From: Marsupella aquatica
Lineage: Eukaryota; Plantae; Marchantiophyta
Length of the DNA stretch: 64,000 nt
Assembly: GCA_973895155.1 (NCBI GenBank)
Contig: OZ316896.1
Span: forward strand, 15,162,684-15,226,683
Direction of reading: 5' to 3'
The notes beneath the pieces were generated by a model. That model did no database searches, was not told the DNA's origin, and saw only the letters and a list, made by a program, of their open reading frames with translations. This document shows positions 14,091 through 36,965 of the stretch, piece after piece (position 1 is the stretch's first letter; each line of letters begins with the position of its first letter). The position numbers were made by a program, and so were the translations under genes.

Positions 14091-15909
14091 CAACATCAAG
14101 ATCATTGGCCCAATGTTGATGAATTTTTTTGGTTCTTGGACTTTTTGGCTAATTGGTTTTCTTGGGTGCCCCCATGTTTTTATTACTGCCTTTTGGATCC
14201 TGTTGTATGGTATGTCACTTTTTGTTCTCTGGCAATGTTGTATAAGTTGAGAAGCTAGACCTTTGTTTGTTTAGAGGATGTTGGTCAAAACCTCAGTTTA
14301 GAAGGGTGACAGACACAATTTTGGACTAACCAAGTGACTTTTTCAAGACTCCTGAGAGAAGCGGAGGAGGGGCCAATGTGAGGAATGCATTCCAAAAGAC
14401 ATGTGGGCAAATTAAAGCTTGGACCCCATCACAAGGTAATCTAAACTTTGGCCACAATTCAAAAACAGAGGTAAAAACAGTGATCAAGTAACAATTGGCT
14501 CATTATGTAGACCCACCAACTGCCATGTAAGCTCGAGCAAACCAGAGCTGCAACACCTGCTACAAAGTCAAAATGAGAGACAAAGATAAGTTAATTTGGA
14601 ATGAGGCCCCAAAACCAAGCAATGTGGGTCCGGAGGCCAAATCACCTAGCAACATCAATTTTCCCCACCCCCAAAGGTAAAACCAAAAATCTGCCCCACC
14701 TCCAAAATAGCAGGCAAGGTGCAATTGGGTGGGGGAGGAGAGTGCGGCTAAGGGACTCACCTTGGCCTAATGAATTCACCCCGATCCCCAAAGAAAATCA
14801 AAACCTAAAAACAATTCCGCCTGGCCCTTCAATGCCTGCTCCAACATAATCTTAAAAAGGAGAGGCAAACAGTAAGGAAATTAAAAAATACCATAGAAAA
14901 TAACCAAAAAATCAAAATTTGCTTTGAACGCATGCAGAATCCCTCACCCTCCCATATACTAGGTAAGGCACTGCTAGGGAAAGGGGTACCATATCTACTA
15001 TCCATTTTTCTATATAACTAACAACTATTATACTTGGCCCCGCCTGTTACTAATCTTTGTCCGCTTACAAAAAGGAAAAGGGAAAAGGCGGGAGCAAGAT
15101 CTGACTGCAGGTTAATAAACAAGTTTTCCTTGACAGCTCAATCAAGAAACTATTCTCCTTGCAAGCTTTTGTCTACACATTTATCACAATACTCAGACAC
15201 ATTACCATTGGAGCACACATCTTACCATTGTACTGATGTAGGACAAAGTATGTTTGCGTGAGTACTATATGTGAGCAACTATACCAAGGACCTGGATGTA
15301 TGTACCCCTATAGGTAATCACACATCAAAATATGGTAAATTAAGGTCTGCATTTGTTGATTTAAAGAAAATAATAAGGTTTATCATGGTATAGAAGGATG
15401 TCATTCTCATTATATGTCACATTTTGATGTGCAGTCACACAGACCCCAAGCATAATTGGGCTAGTGCTTGATAAATTACACTCATGAAACAAAAAACTAA
15501 ATTAGTTTTGGGATAAATCTAGACCAAAAGAGATAATGTGAACACATGTGAACAACGTCCATACTCCGACATCGAAAGTACGTGGTTGACCCCGTTCGGG
15601 TTACATCCACCGTTGTGAGGGAAATCCAACAATACAAAACTATTACACTTACTCCATAGCCAACATGCTAGAGTTCCTCCTCTCACCCTCTCACTCTTCT
15701 CTCTTCGAAAGTGAACCTTCAAGCATGAGCACAAATTTATGTTCTCCTTGGGTATACCCTTTCCATATTCTATGGGAACCTGAAACTCAAAACAAGTGTT
15801 ATCCTAGTCCACTGAAGCCTAGCTAGTACTATGAAAGTATATAGATTATAGTAGAGGCATAACCTAACAATTAGGGCCCCCTTTCACCTAGCCTTGATGT
15901 GACCATCAG

Positions 15910-17354
15910 GAGAGGTATATGCTCAATCGACCCCATTTGGACTGTTTCTTACTTAATCAACTCCCTATGTTGAGATCTGCCCCAATCGACCCCCTCTGAC
16001 AATTTCTTACATATAGTTCTTGGGAAGAGCAGTATAGGGAGACTTTACCACAATGAACTCTAATTTTCTAGCATAGGAGCCCATGGTCTCATCCGTGGTA
16101 TGCTGCAATTATGTCGAGATAAGAGTCGGCCCACAATCCATGCCTGATAAGATCGAATGACACCGGATGCAGTCGTGGATACTTTTGTGTTTGAAGACAA
16201 AACTAGTATGGTCTTCAAACAGTTAGGGGCCTCCAGCAGGGTCTCCATTTGTCTGAAGTTTAGAGGTAATAAAACTGGGCTGCTATCTCCATAATGTTCA
16301 TATATAGTTGCTTTGTTGAGAATCTGTGCATTCCACTAGAGACAAATGTTTGGATCTCCCTCACAGAAAATGCTTTGCTGGATCTCTTTGACACTGATTA
16401 ATTTGCTAAAGCAGCACACTTGCATTCAGAAATTATTAAATGTTCTCAAAATGTTTCCAATCTTTATACTGCAAGACCATTATGACAGCCAAGAATCCAA
16501 ACACTTGTAAAATTCTCCAAAATCCTTGAAGTGTTTGCCATTTTGAATTTGAGTTGCCGTTGCTTCCATTACAAGCAATTGAACTAAGACACTTTGCATT
16601 ATGCACTCTCAACAAAGTGTATTCACTAGAATAAACATATCAACAACAATTGATGACAACATCAAATTCTTACACACTTTCTTATAGGCTTTTCCATCAC
16701 TTATCTTGAACACATCCTAAACCCATGTACAATTGCGTCTTGTTTTTGGGCAAGCTCTATCTTGTAGTGATAAAATGTCACATTAAAGAATGTCCACTTC
16801 AAATAGATCCCCTGTATGCCAAAGATGCACAATGACATCAAAATCTCCAACATTGATATCCCTAAGTGTACCTCAAACCCCTACAATGTCATCTAGATTG
16901 CATGTAAACTCTAATAAAAAGAGACTAAGCTTCCCAATAACCCCCAATATAATAGATTCCCCCAAACGTCATGACCAACAAAAGTCATCATGACAGAATG
17001 TGAAACAATGAACATTTGGACCAAGTTATTTGAAGATAATTCAATAATGAACATCTGAAGACATAACACATATTGTCTTCACATCATTTCTGAAATCCTT
17101 GATCGTCGTCATCGTGGCACGGCTGACCCTAAATGAAGCATTTGACGGTTTGGTCAGTCGCTTGCACCCACGGACAGGTTGAGGTAGACTGCAATTGCAA
17201 TACACAGAATGTCATTATCCATAAACTATATATATCAAAGGGGGTTGATTGGGTAACAAACATACTTTGGGGGGTCGATTGGCGCAGATATGAACATCGA
17301 GGGTTGATTAAGCAAGAAACAGTCCAAAGGGGGTTGATTAAGCATATACCTTTC
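15910..17354. mobile_element. Non-autonomous long-TIR (Mutator-like) element
   Basis: ~85-bp imperfect inverted repeats: aggtatatgctcaatcgacccc.tttggactgtttctt..ttaatcaac at 15913 versus its reverse complement ending at ~17352. No TSD found. Confidence 0.65.
16250..17083 (-). mobile_element. Probable solo LTR nested in the TIR element
   Basis: TG...CA ends (minus strand starts tgtgaagac), 5-bp flanks ccatt/tcatt matching 4/5, and an internal TATA-like cctataag. Confidence 0.45.
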
Positions 17355-18786
17355 ATGTAATAAGTAATTAACAACATACTCTGTTATGAAGTTGAACTAT
17401 GACCACTCTTCGTTGTGAAATGTTGCCCTTACAATAATAGTATGTACACTATGGCCATCATGAGTCTGGACAAGTCAGACATGCCATCCGTATCTTTCAA
17501 GGTTCTCAAGGTGAGTTTCAGTCTCTTGTTTGAAAAAGCTCAATCCAAAGCTAGATAAGGGCATATGGTCTATAGGGTGAAGGCTCTAGGGGGGGCATAT
17601 GGTCTAGGGTGAAGGCTCTAGGGGCACACCTACAGTTCAGGGTCGACCTAGCAAAATGCCATATTGACACTATCTATTTATGAGCAAACTCGTGCATTGC
17701 GGCTAGTCCGTATTATTGCAAAAAGTTGTAATCTTCTTGGAGGAACCAATTACCAAATTGCAATATGGTCCAGTAATCGTGACCTGTGCAAAACTTGTGA
17801 CCAAGCAATGAAAGAACAATGCTCCATCAGCTTAATTCATATGGTATTTTCTTTTTCACCATGGCTAATGTTACCTTGTGTGAAATGAAAATGCTAAGGA
17901 CTCATCTTCATTAAAATTTCATAGATTAATTTTATGGCCATCAGATCTCCCTAGATCTAAGGATGACAGTCAAATAGTGGCTAAGGGGTTTGTGGAGGTG
18001 GGAAAGTGGCTTATAGAAGACAGAAAACTTAGGAATTTTTTTTAGAGGGGGAATCTAGCAAATCTTTGCCACTAAAAAACGATGCATTTCAATAGCAAGG
18101 TACCTTTCTGAGTTTTTGCTTTTTGGCACTGTAATACAGCGTTTCTTGGTGGCAAAAACAAAAAATCAAGAATTTTTTTTAGAGGCAAAAATTTACCTCC
18201 CCAAAAAGCTTTGGCCACTTTTGGCTAAAATTAGCTAGTAGTTTTCTGCCCCATTAGCCAGTGTCACCTAATCACAGTCCCCATTAGCCAGAATCTAACA
18301 GTTACTCTTAAATCTAGGGAGATCTGACGGTCAGGAAAATAATCAGATAATTAATTTTTTAAGCATCTTCTCCTTCAACACACTTAATATTCGCCACTCT
18401 GGCGAAAAAATAAAACCCTTAAAAAATACGCGGGTCTTATGTATATTTCTCTCGTCTCTCTCGTGTTGATCACTTTCCTGTAAAGTAGAATAGACAAGAA
18501 ATTGCTGTTTGTCCATAGCCCGCCTGCCCTCGCAAAGCTCCCGCGCATCTTCTTCCATTTGAAATTTGTGGAGAAATTACGAACAGAGCAATGCAGAATT
18601 TGTGACCTAGATGGAGTGGAAGGTGAGCTCGAGGTCGCCATGAATTTGCTCACCAAGGTGCTCGTCGTGCCTCGAAAGCGTTGTCCTTCAAGGCAACGGT
18701 GACGTCCAATGACTTAAGGTTGGCAGCTCTCATGGTTTTCTAAATCAAAGTTCGTGATGCGGTATGGTCGAGACCGTGCGTCAGAG

Positions 18787-27656
<8,870 letters not shown>

Positions 27657-28235
27657 ACGACGGACGGCCCCGACCGACGTATGTGGGACAGGCTATTCGC
27701 GGCCATTACATGATCTTGGCGGCATTGCTGATTGTTCCTCAACATGAGTTACTGATCACCTTTAGGAAGAACTTGCTTGATCGGGGAATACTTCTATGGT
27801 GAAGGTTGTCTTCGTTACGATGCCAAGTGCGTTCGGGCAATTACGGAAGGGAGGGAGCAAAGTCGTGAAAAGCACCTGGGCTTGTTTGGGTGCTCTGTGC
27901 TTTTCCCGTGCAGGTTAGCTCACCTTTTTCTGATTTCTTGCAAGCTCTCTTGTCTGCTTGTTCTTGTTGTCCCTTGCCCTGTGTGCCTTGTGTGGGTTTC
28001 CGGACTCATCTTTATCCAGGGCGATTCAGTCGACCTGGATTTCCACAGAACAGGCTTTATTATTACAATTTCTTCAACTTGGGAAAGCAGTAGATCCAAT
28101 TGAAACTGTTTACCAAATTAGTTAGAGATGTACAATAGGTGCCCTACGCACATTAATTCTACGAGTGTACGACCATAGATTATTATGGTGATTGACATTT
28201 TAAGTTGGAAATGATGCTGAGGTTGCGGAACTCAC

Positions 28236-28940
28236 ACTGAAGCGCGACGGATCAAACACGGTGGGATTTGAAAAAATGGATGGATCCTGGTGATTAAATG
28301 TGAACAGGTTGATTACTTCCAGCCTTTAGGAATAATACAGCCTGCAATCATGATTCATCCAGGGACGCTAAGGCTCTAACTTATCAATTATGTCCTGAGC
28401 CACTATACATTGAGTTCTGCACATTCTGGGTTGCCGATACGCAGAGGACCGAAGTCGGCCTCCAATCCCATCATGTCTAAACTGAGCAGGAATATTCTAC
28501 AACCAACAAAGTACTTAAGACGATACGAATTTCGGCTAGTGCCTGAGATGGCCGAGTGGTAAGTTAGAGCTCTGGATTATGAGTACAGTAGTTTGATCTA
28601 AACATACTTCCCGAAAACGATCAGGAGGAGGAATGTTCATCTTACCATCGATTTCATGATGAATGTGCGCTGATTGTCGGAAGGAGCAAGGAACAGGTCC
28701 AGGAATCCTCAGCGTTTCATGAAGCACCTGTGTATACCAATGTGCATTGGTTTGATCGATCAATCGTACACCATAATGCTTTGGATCGTCTCCTACAAAT
28801 CCTGTCAACTTTGGGAGAACGGATTTTTTCCAACTAATGCTCCATATTCAGATCGCAGTTCTACCTGATCCGTGTACATCATATAAACCCTTATTCCTGT
28901 ACCGGATCATGTCCAATCAGTAGGACCATTGTAACAAACT
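28236..28940 (-). pseudogene. Cytochrome P450 (CYP85-clan-like) pseudogene fragment, copy A
   Basis: Exons give ..MYTDQ / VLHETLRIPGPVPCSFRQSAHIHHEIDG (ExxR, 28646-28727) / CIIPKGWK*..HQDPSIFSNPTVFDPSRF (PERF region, 28236-28341). Contains a stop and frameshift. Confidence 0.8.
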
Positions 28941-30218
28941 GTAGCGCTGATCAGCAATCCGACTGCACCGATCACAATTGTCCATGCTATGCTTACTATA
29001 CTATCCTCCATTGTCCGATAGATTGATTCAGCCGTCGATCGATCGGTATTGACAAACGGTTTTCAGAAAGCTTGCCACCTAGCTGTGAAAAGGGATAACA
29101 CTAGGCAGGACGAGAAACATCCTCAACGTTGATCGTCGAATTTGTGTCGAAGCGATAACACTGGACAAGAATGGAAGCATCTTGAACGTTAATCGTAAAA
29201 ATTGTGTCGATCTTGAATTTGTGACTCTGAATCCAAGGATGACGTTGATGAAGCAGGCTCCTCTATAAACTAAATGTATAGCCTTAGCTTGCAACCATAC
29301 ATAGAGTCCTGCGCTGGGAATTTAGGCTTTCAAACTGAAGAAAACGAAAATATATCAATCTCGACAGAATTATATAAATGATGTCAACGTACGAATCATT
29401 GACAATCATCATGACCAACGATCAGTGATCACATGACGTGAAAACGTAGCCTGGCAATTTAGTCAGAGAAGATACGCCTCTCGTACCAACTTGCATTGAC
29501 CGATTCCAACATTACAAAATATCCAACTCAACGTATCCGCTTTTCAGATTTACGTTGGCAGTACCTACCATAAACTTTAAATGCCAAGTAATGCGGTGGA
29601 CGGGGGGACGGCCATGTACGTCATTCGGAGGTCCAAAATCCGCCCAGCGTTGAAGTTGCACCAGTTGATTGGACTCGTTACCACCGAAACTATCGCAAGG
29701 TGGATAGACTTCGCCGACAGTAAGGCATTCTTTTGATTTCAGTTTCAACATATTCTTGGATTCACCCGATCGATCAGAGACATTTGCTTGACGGACCGCG
29801 AGGGCAAAACGTAGGGCGAAACTGTTATTCTCGGTGACAGGCCGAAACTACTGTTGCCTTTTCGAGTGCAAACGAGTGTAGTCACCACGGACCTTTTCGA
29901 GTGCAGTTGACAATTTGCAAGTTCACCTTTGCCTCCATCACATTTGCGGACCGACCGGATTCAAGAGTGTATTAAATTAAACTAAAGACTGTCGAGCTTT
30001 CGTCTGTTCCCCTCAGTTTAGATTATTTTTATATTAGACTAAAACGTAAATAGAGACGATCGACGACAAAAGAACTCTCCTAAAAGAAAGATGCTCTTGT
30101 TCATCTTTGTCTCCATCCTCTTGTCAGAGTATGGAGTTGTCAGTTTTGTTCATCTTTGGTCCCATTCCTTGTTTTGGGTTCACTGTGTCACTTTTAAGTT
30201 TTGTCCTATTTAGAGTTA

Positions 30219-30368
30219 CCGTTTATGGGCTTCACTCTAGACAACAAGTCTTTGAAAGTAGCTGTTTGCGTTGTCCTTTATTGGTAAAAACCTCCGTTTA
30301 TTGGCTTCACTCTAGACAATAAGTCGTTGAAAGTAGCTCTTTGCATTGCCCTTTATTAGTAAAAACCT
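30219..30368. repeat. 75-bp tandem duplication
   Basis: ccgtttat.ggcttcactctagacaa.aagtc.ttgaaagtagct...gtaaaaacct x2. Confidence 0.85.
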
Positions 30369-32095
30369 CTGCTGACAGAGATTACTTCGCCGTTGCAATG
30401 GTTTGTGTCGCAGTTCTCGTCAATGCATAATTCTGTACAAGGATGGGCGTACGTACAGCTCAATCATGGTTTTGTCTTTACACCTGATTATGATTACCAT
30501 AGGGTAAGTTGGAGATCGCAACCGTTCAGGTTCGTGTCTGCTTCGTTACTAGCTACGGAAGCTGCTGTTCAATTAAAGTTTATCCGTTTGAGGCCAAACA
30601 AGCTCCGGTGGCGGTTTCAATGCAGGCTCTCTCCGTCCTGGTCGAAGGTGTCCGAAGAATCGTTTCGCAACCTTTGAAACTCTAGCGAGTGGCCTTTGTG
30701 GCATTGTTTTCCCTCGCCCCCGAGGATAATTCATGCCCATGTGGCTCTTGGAAAAGGTGGGGAAGCTGGGGAAACCCCAACGAAGAGCACAGGGCCCGCA
30801 ATTGGATTCTGATCTAGCTTTGGGAAAGGTCTAAGCTGCAGGGGTCTAAGAAAAACAATTGTGCACGACCCTGCGGTCGGGTCAAACAACGTCGTCGAAG
30901 GAACCATCACACTACACAGGCCCAAACTCCAGGTCGAAGCGAATTAATGGAGACTTTCAAACTAAAAGAAGGAGAAACAATGTGAATGTCTTCTCCTACT
31001 TGTCTATGGATCAATAGCCTTAGTTAGCCTGACTCTCCGCCTATAGAGAGAAGAATAGAGAACCGAAATATGAAAACCCAATGAAAGCTGTAATTAATCT
31101 CGAAAAACGAGGAAAGGATGCAAACTGTGTTTTGTAAATGAATCTTGGATCTTGTTCGTCGGTCAATAGATCCAGGTTTAGGCTTGTATAGCAAAATGCG
31201 TTGCTTCAAAGATGGAGATGCCGCAGTGTCCACCGAGCGACAGTCACAGAAGTACCAGGCTCGTGGGGAGGTGCAAACTGAGACCCACGGAAAACCACAT
31301 GAACTGGCAGGCTGAACAAGAAGCTGTAGCGAACGGAAGGCGTCCTGGAAAGCCCTTGACACCAGACGGCCTGACGACATGACGTACACGTACAGATCAG
31401 GTAGAACTGTGATCATACGGATGGAACATAAAATCTGTAATCGGAGTTGACAGGATATATATATACGAGAAGACGTAAAGCAGGACTATCATCCCCGGTA
31501 TCATCGTCATCCCCGGTATCATCGTGTGCTTTCTGATCTGCTTTGTGATCATACTATCCACATACTGTTGACAATCACTTTCGCTTAGACACTCAAAGCA
31601 AAGTGTGCTGCGCTTCTAAGTGTAAAGAATGATTATAACCGACTGTATTGCTGTGTCCACCTCCCGGATATCACGGCTTGATTTCAGCATCTCTATATTG
31701 ATGATTTGTATCAACGTGCTTGATACGTTGTTTGCTTTACCGTTATCTTTAGGTCACTGTATTCTACAGCTAGATGGATCAGTATCCATCTGTATCTCTG
31801 GTGTGTATTTATGTGGGCCCCCGCCTCACTTTCTCATTCATCGAAGAGATTAGTAAAACAGTTTTCTTCATGGTATCAGAGCCTTCCCAGGATAGTGCCT
31901 GCGGGTTGTGCTTCTTTGTCTTTAGCTTCGAGTTGGTAAGGATCACTCGCACACTTGCTAATTAAGTCCTCGTTTGTTTAGTGATAGTCGCAGGTGATAG
32001 ATCCCTGTGCATTCTCAGTAGTACTCAGGAACGAATCCTTGATTATTCGTCGCAGGTGATAGCTCCCTGTGTATTCTCCGTAGTACTCAGGAACG

Positions 32096-35000
32096 ATGAA
32101 TCAAGACATGAATTTCTCAATGTCCAAGGACGAGAAACTTAATGGGAACAACTACCCATTATGGTCCTACAAGATGAAGCAGAGTTTCATCAAGGAGAAG
32201 ATTTGGTATGTCGTGAGGGAGAATCTTCCAGGTGTGATCTTTGATCCCAACGATCCTGTGAATCCTACTCCCATTGAGCGACGGACAGCTCAGAGCAAGG
32301 CTTTGTATATGTTGACTAAAGCAGTTGAAGATAAGATGCTTGCTCGTTATGTTTGGATTGACGATCCAACTTTTCTCTGGGCAGAACTATGACGTGCTTG
32401 TGCAGGCAACACCACATCTCGTCGTGCTGTACTCAAACGGAAACTATTTAGTCTGAGATTTCCCGAGTCTGCTTCCATGGCTACTAACTTCAGCACTGTC
32501 AATGAGTTACTTAATGATCTTGCTGCCGTGGACGTCTCTTTTACTGATGAAGAATTGCAGGGAGTAATCATTGATGCTCTTCCTCGCAGTTGGGAGACCT
32601 TTGGAGCTATTCTTGCAGGACAAGAGAACATGCCTTCCTTCTCAGAACTAGAGAATCTTGTTCGTGAAGAAGAGAGTCGTCGCGGTGCTCGAGCTTATGC
32701 TGGTGAGGAGGCCCTTTTTGCTCGTGTTTTTTCCCCTCCTGCTCCTTATGGCAGATTCAATAATGCAGGGGGCCGAGCTCGTGGACGTGGAGGTCCCAAC
32801 TATGGAGGAAGAGGTGGCCGTGGACGCTACCCAACTCCTATGAACGCTGTCAACAATCGCGGAGTTTGTTTTACTTGCAACGATCCCAGTCACGTTGCAC
32901 GCAATTGCCCATTTCGTGGCCTTGAAACAGAGCTCTAGCGCCTCACTGCCCGAATGAGTCAGGCCAATCTTGGAGCCGGACGTGGACGTGCTGCCAACCT
33001 TGTGGAAGAAAATTTTGGTCCCAACCCAAATCCCCTGGTTTGACCTTGCCAGTCAAACTGGCCGAAAATCGTCGGCAAATTGGCAACCCGGCACCCGGGT
33101 TTGGGAGCAGTCCGGGCCGGGACAAGTTCGGGAGACATTTGGGCCGGGTTCGGGCAAGGTTTGGGGGAGGTCGGGGGAGTTCGGGGGAGTTCGGGCGAGG
33201 GGGAGTCTGGGCCGGGTTCGGGGGAGTTCGGGGGAGGGTCGGGGGAGTTTCGGGGGAGTTCGGGGGAGGGTCGGGGGAGTTCGGGGGAGTTCGGGAAGGG
33301 TCCGGGTTTGGGTCCAGGGGAGTCCGGGACTCTAAACCCCGCCCTCCTTCCCCCAGCCCCGACCCCAGACCCGGCCCCGGCTGGCTGCCACCCCGAACCG
33401 GGGTCCGGGGGAGTCCGGGTTCGGGTCTGGGGGAGTCCGGGAAGGGTCCGGGTGAGTTCGGGATGCGTCCGGGAAGGGTCTGGGAGAGTCCGGGTGAGTT
33501 CGGGAGAATATTGTGGAATATCCGTCAAATTGGTCATTTTTGAGCCGTCATTTGACAGTTTGACGTGCCCAGCAAGCCGTCAACTTGCCCGTCAGGTTAA
33601 ACCGGGCCAAATCCTAACGTTGAGGAGTATTTTGATGCACCTGAGATCAAAGATACGATTACTGCTGACCAGATTCTTGAGGCCAATTTTTCTGAAATTA
33701 CAGCACCTCAGTCTGATCATTCGGCATGGATCTTCGACTCTGGTGCAAACACCCACCTCACTAGTGACAAATCTGATCTCACAAATTTTGTAGCTCTTGC
33801 CCCTGGATCCCCTGTGGCAACTGCAGGCGGGGCGGCCTTGGATATCAAGGGCAAGGGTACTCTCTCTCTTGATCAGAATAAAATTTCCAATGTTTTGTAT
33901 GTGCCGAGTGCCCGACGTAGCCTACTTTCCGTTGGCAGCCTTGCTGATCTAGGACACACTGTATGCTTTGATTCCTCATAGTGTATGGTGTTAGATGACA
34001 AACGTCAAGTTTGCATGCATGGAACTCACGATCCTGTAACTCGTCTATATACACTAGTTCGAAAGCCTCCACCCAAGCTTCCACATGATCTCTCCTTCCC
34101 GATAGGTTCTAAATGTCACGTTGCCACTTGTTCTTCATCTGACACGATACTTTGGCACAAATGGCTTGGCCATATTCATTTCCAGAAATTATTGCACATG
34201 AGCTCCAACCAGTTAGTCGATGGCATACCTCATCTTTCTCCAGTCAGCACCATATGCAGCACTTGCATTGTTGCCAAGCAAACACGTGAAAGAATTCTGA
34301 AGCACTCTCGAACTCAGACAACCAGGCCCTTTGCACTGGTTCACTCTGACGTCTGGGGACCAACATGTGTTCCTTCCTTGCAAGGTTCTCGCTATGTCCT
34401 GACTTTCACGGACGACTTCACACGATATACGTGGACGTTCTTTCTTTGTTTCAAATCAGAAGTGCTTGCTACTTTCAAGATTTTTTGTGCTTCTGTCACT
34501 AGTCAATATGGCTATAAGGTTGGATGTCTACGAACTGATCGAGGTGGGGAATACATTTCCCAGGATTTTCAAGAATTCTGTTCCACCAATGGAATTTTTC
34601 GACAACTCACGGCTGCCTACACACCACACCAGAATGGTGTCTCTGAGCGCAAAAATCGCACTTTAATTGAAGCAGCTCGCAGCCTTTGCTTTGGGGCTCA
34701 ACTTTTGGCTCCCCTCTGGGAAGAGATGGTTCGAACGGCTACTTACATTTTGAATCGCTATTCCACTAGATCGCTCTACAAAACGACCCCTTTTCAACAT
34801 CTCCATGGCACCAAACCTGATGTCAATCACTTAATTTCGAGTCATTGGCTGTTCAACATATATTCACATCCCTGCTCCCTTACGATCTAAACTCGAACCA
34901 AAATCCCTTAAAGCCGTATTTGTTGGTTATGATGAAAACACCAAGGGTTATCGTTGTTATTCACCCCTTAGACGCAAGATTATTATTAGTCAGGATGTCC

Positions 35001-36965
35001 GTTTTGATGAGTCTGAACTGGGCATTTCAGCAGTTGCTGGTCCTGAACCCACTTCCATTGACTTTGGGGACTTATCACCCTAGCTTTGATTCAATTGGTC
35101 TGGCTGAACCTACTCCCGATACTGACATTGGACCTGCAGATGATAATAATCCCGATCCCGATTTCACTCTACAGGATAATGCTGCCCCGCCTGAACATAT
35201 TCCTGTTGTTCTACCCCCAGCTCCCTTTGAACCTCGACGCTCCAGCAGAATCCGCTCACATAATTCTAAGCTTCTTGGATTCTATGCTTAACCTCCTCCT
35301 TTGGAATTCTTGGCTTGTGCTATTGAAACTTCTGATCCAACTATCACTGACAATATTTCTCTTCATCAAGCGCTCACTCACCCCGGCTGGTCTGAGGCTA
35401 TAGATGAAGAGTTGGACTCCATTCGTAAGACCAACACTTGGACGCTTATGGAGTTACCCCCGGGCAAACACACAATTCCATCTATGTGGGTTTTCAAGAA
35501 GAAACCTATCTCTTCCACCCATGCACGTCTCAAAGCTCACCTCGTCGCCAAAGGCAATTACCAACAACATGGCATTGACTACTTCGAGACTTTTGCACCA
35601 GTGGTCAAATGGGCAACTCTACGAACTGTCACTGCCATATGTGCTTCTCGTGGCTGGAAAATTACTCACATGGATGTGGACACGGCTTTTCTCAACAGCA
35701 AAGTCTATGAAGATATTTATATGCATCAGCCTCCTGGACGTCGCATTGCAGGCAAAGAGCATCTTGTATGTCATCTCAACAATTCTCTTTATGGCCTCCG
35801 ACAATCCTCCAAAGCTTGGTATGACACTTTACATGCATTGTTAACAAAGCTTGGTTGGATTCGCAGCTTGCTTGATAACAATCTTTATTACTTTCTAGAT
35901 GGACCAGACATCACTGTACTCCTCACTCATGTTGACGACTTCTTTCTCACCGGAAGCAACGACACTCTTATTAGCTCACACAAAACTGAACTTCGTTAAC
36001 ACTTTAGCATGAAGGATCTTGGCAATATTCAGAAATATTTAGGCATAGAATTTGTTTCTTCCTCTACGGGCATAAAAATGCATCAACGCAGCTACTGTGA
36101 CGAAATTCTTCAAGAATTTCATATGGACTCTTGCACTCCAGCCCTTACTCCCTTACCAACAGGCACAGTTCTATCGGCGCGCTGATTCCACCAGTCCTCC
36201 CGTTGATGCTCATTTGTACTGCCGTATGGTCGGGAAACTCATATACCTTACCAACACTCGCCCATATATATCTTTTGCTGTAAGCCTTGTTAGCCGACTC
36301 ATGCAAGATCCACATGAGGACCACATGCAGGCCACCAAGCACATCTTCAGATATCTTCGTCACACCCTTCACTATGGCATTTTTTACAGACGCCATGCTC
36401 CACTCACTCTCTCTGCTTACACCGATGCTGATTGGGCTACATGCCCTACGACTCGCCGATCTGTAGGGGCTTATCTACTCACTCTTGGTGACAGCCCTAT
36501 TTCTTGGAATGTACAGCAAGCGACAAGCCACCGTCAGTAAATCTTCTACCGAATCTGAGTATATGGCTTTATCCTCGGGTGCACAAGAAGCTGTATACAT
36601 CCGCCGTCTGCTCCTTGAACTAAAACTCATTCCTGATATTGAAGTCACACTGAACTGCAAGGCGCTGCAAGGACCCTCACATTCTTGATGTCCTTCCTTC
36701 ATATCGACCAACTCTTCACTGCAACAATGAAGGTGCCATCAAGCTTGCACGAAATCCGGTTTTTCATGCTCACACCAAGCATATCGAAGTCCATCATCAC
36801 TTTGTTTGGGAACGCGTCCTTGAGGGGGAATTACACCTTACGTACATACCAACAGATCTACAACCTGCAGATGTACTCACCAAGGCCTTATCCCGACCTC
36901 ACTTCGAACGACATCGATCTGCTATTGGAATTCTGGACTTGAGCTGCATTCCCGATACTAAATCA
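32096..36965 (+). pseudogene. Copia gag-pol (gag, CCHC, protease, GAG-pre, integrase, RT, RNase H) with stops and frameshifts
   Basis: EKLNGNNYPLW, CFTCNDPSHVARNC, WIFDSGANTH, WHKWLGH, VHSDVWGP, RTDRGGEY, QNGVSERKNR, ETFAPVVK, MDVDTAFLN, LYGLRQS, HVDD, YTDADWA, TESEY, TKHIEV. Confidence 0.95.
33034..33606. mobile_element. 573-bp GC-rich non-autonomous TIR element (MITE) with 8-bp TSD, inserted between gag and protease
   Basis: TSD ccaaatcc at 33026-33033 and 33607-33614. Ends cctggtttgacc / ggttaaaccggg (10/12 inverted match). Excision restores the frame ENFGPNPNPNVEEYFD...WIFDSG. Confidence 0.9.

Noticed and set aside
28549-28600. tRNA A-box-like tggccgagtggtaag
   Set aside because: No proper B box or cloverleaf; lies in a P450 pseudogene intron.
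32943-33793. Gly/Pro-rich ORFs of 121-237 aa
   Set aside because: Artefacts of the GC-rich MITE repeat.
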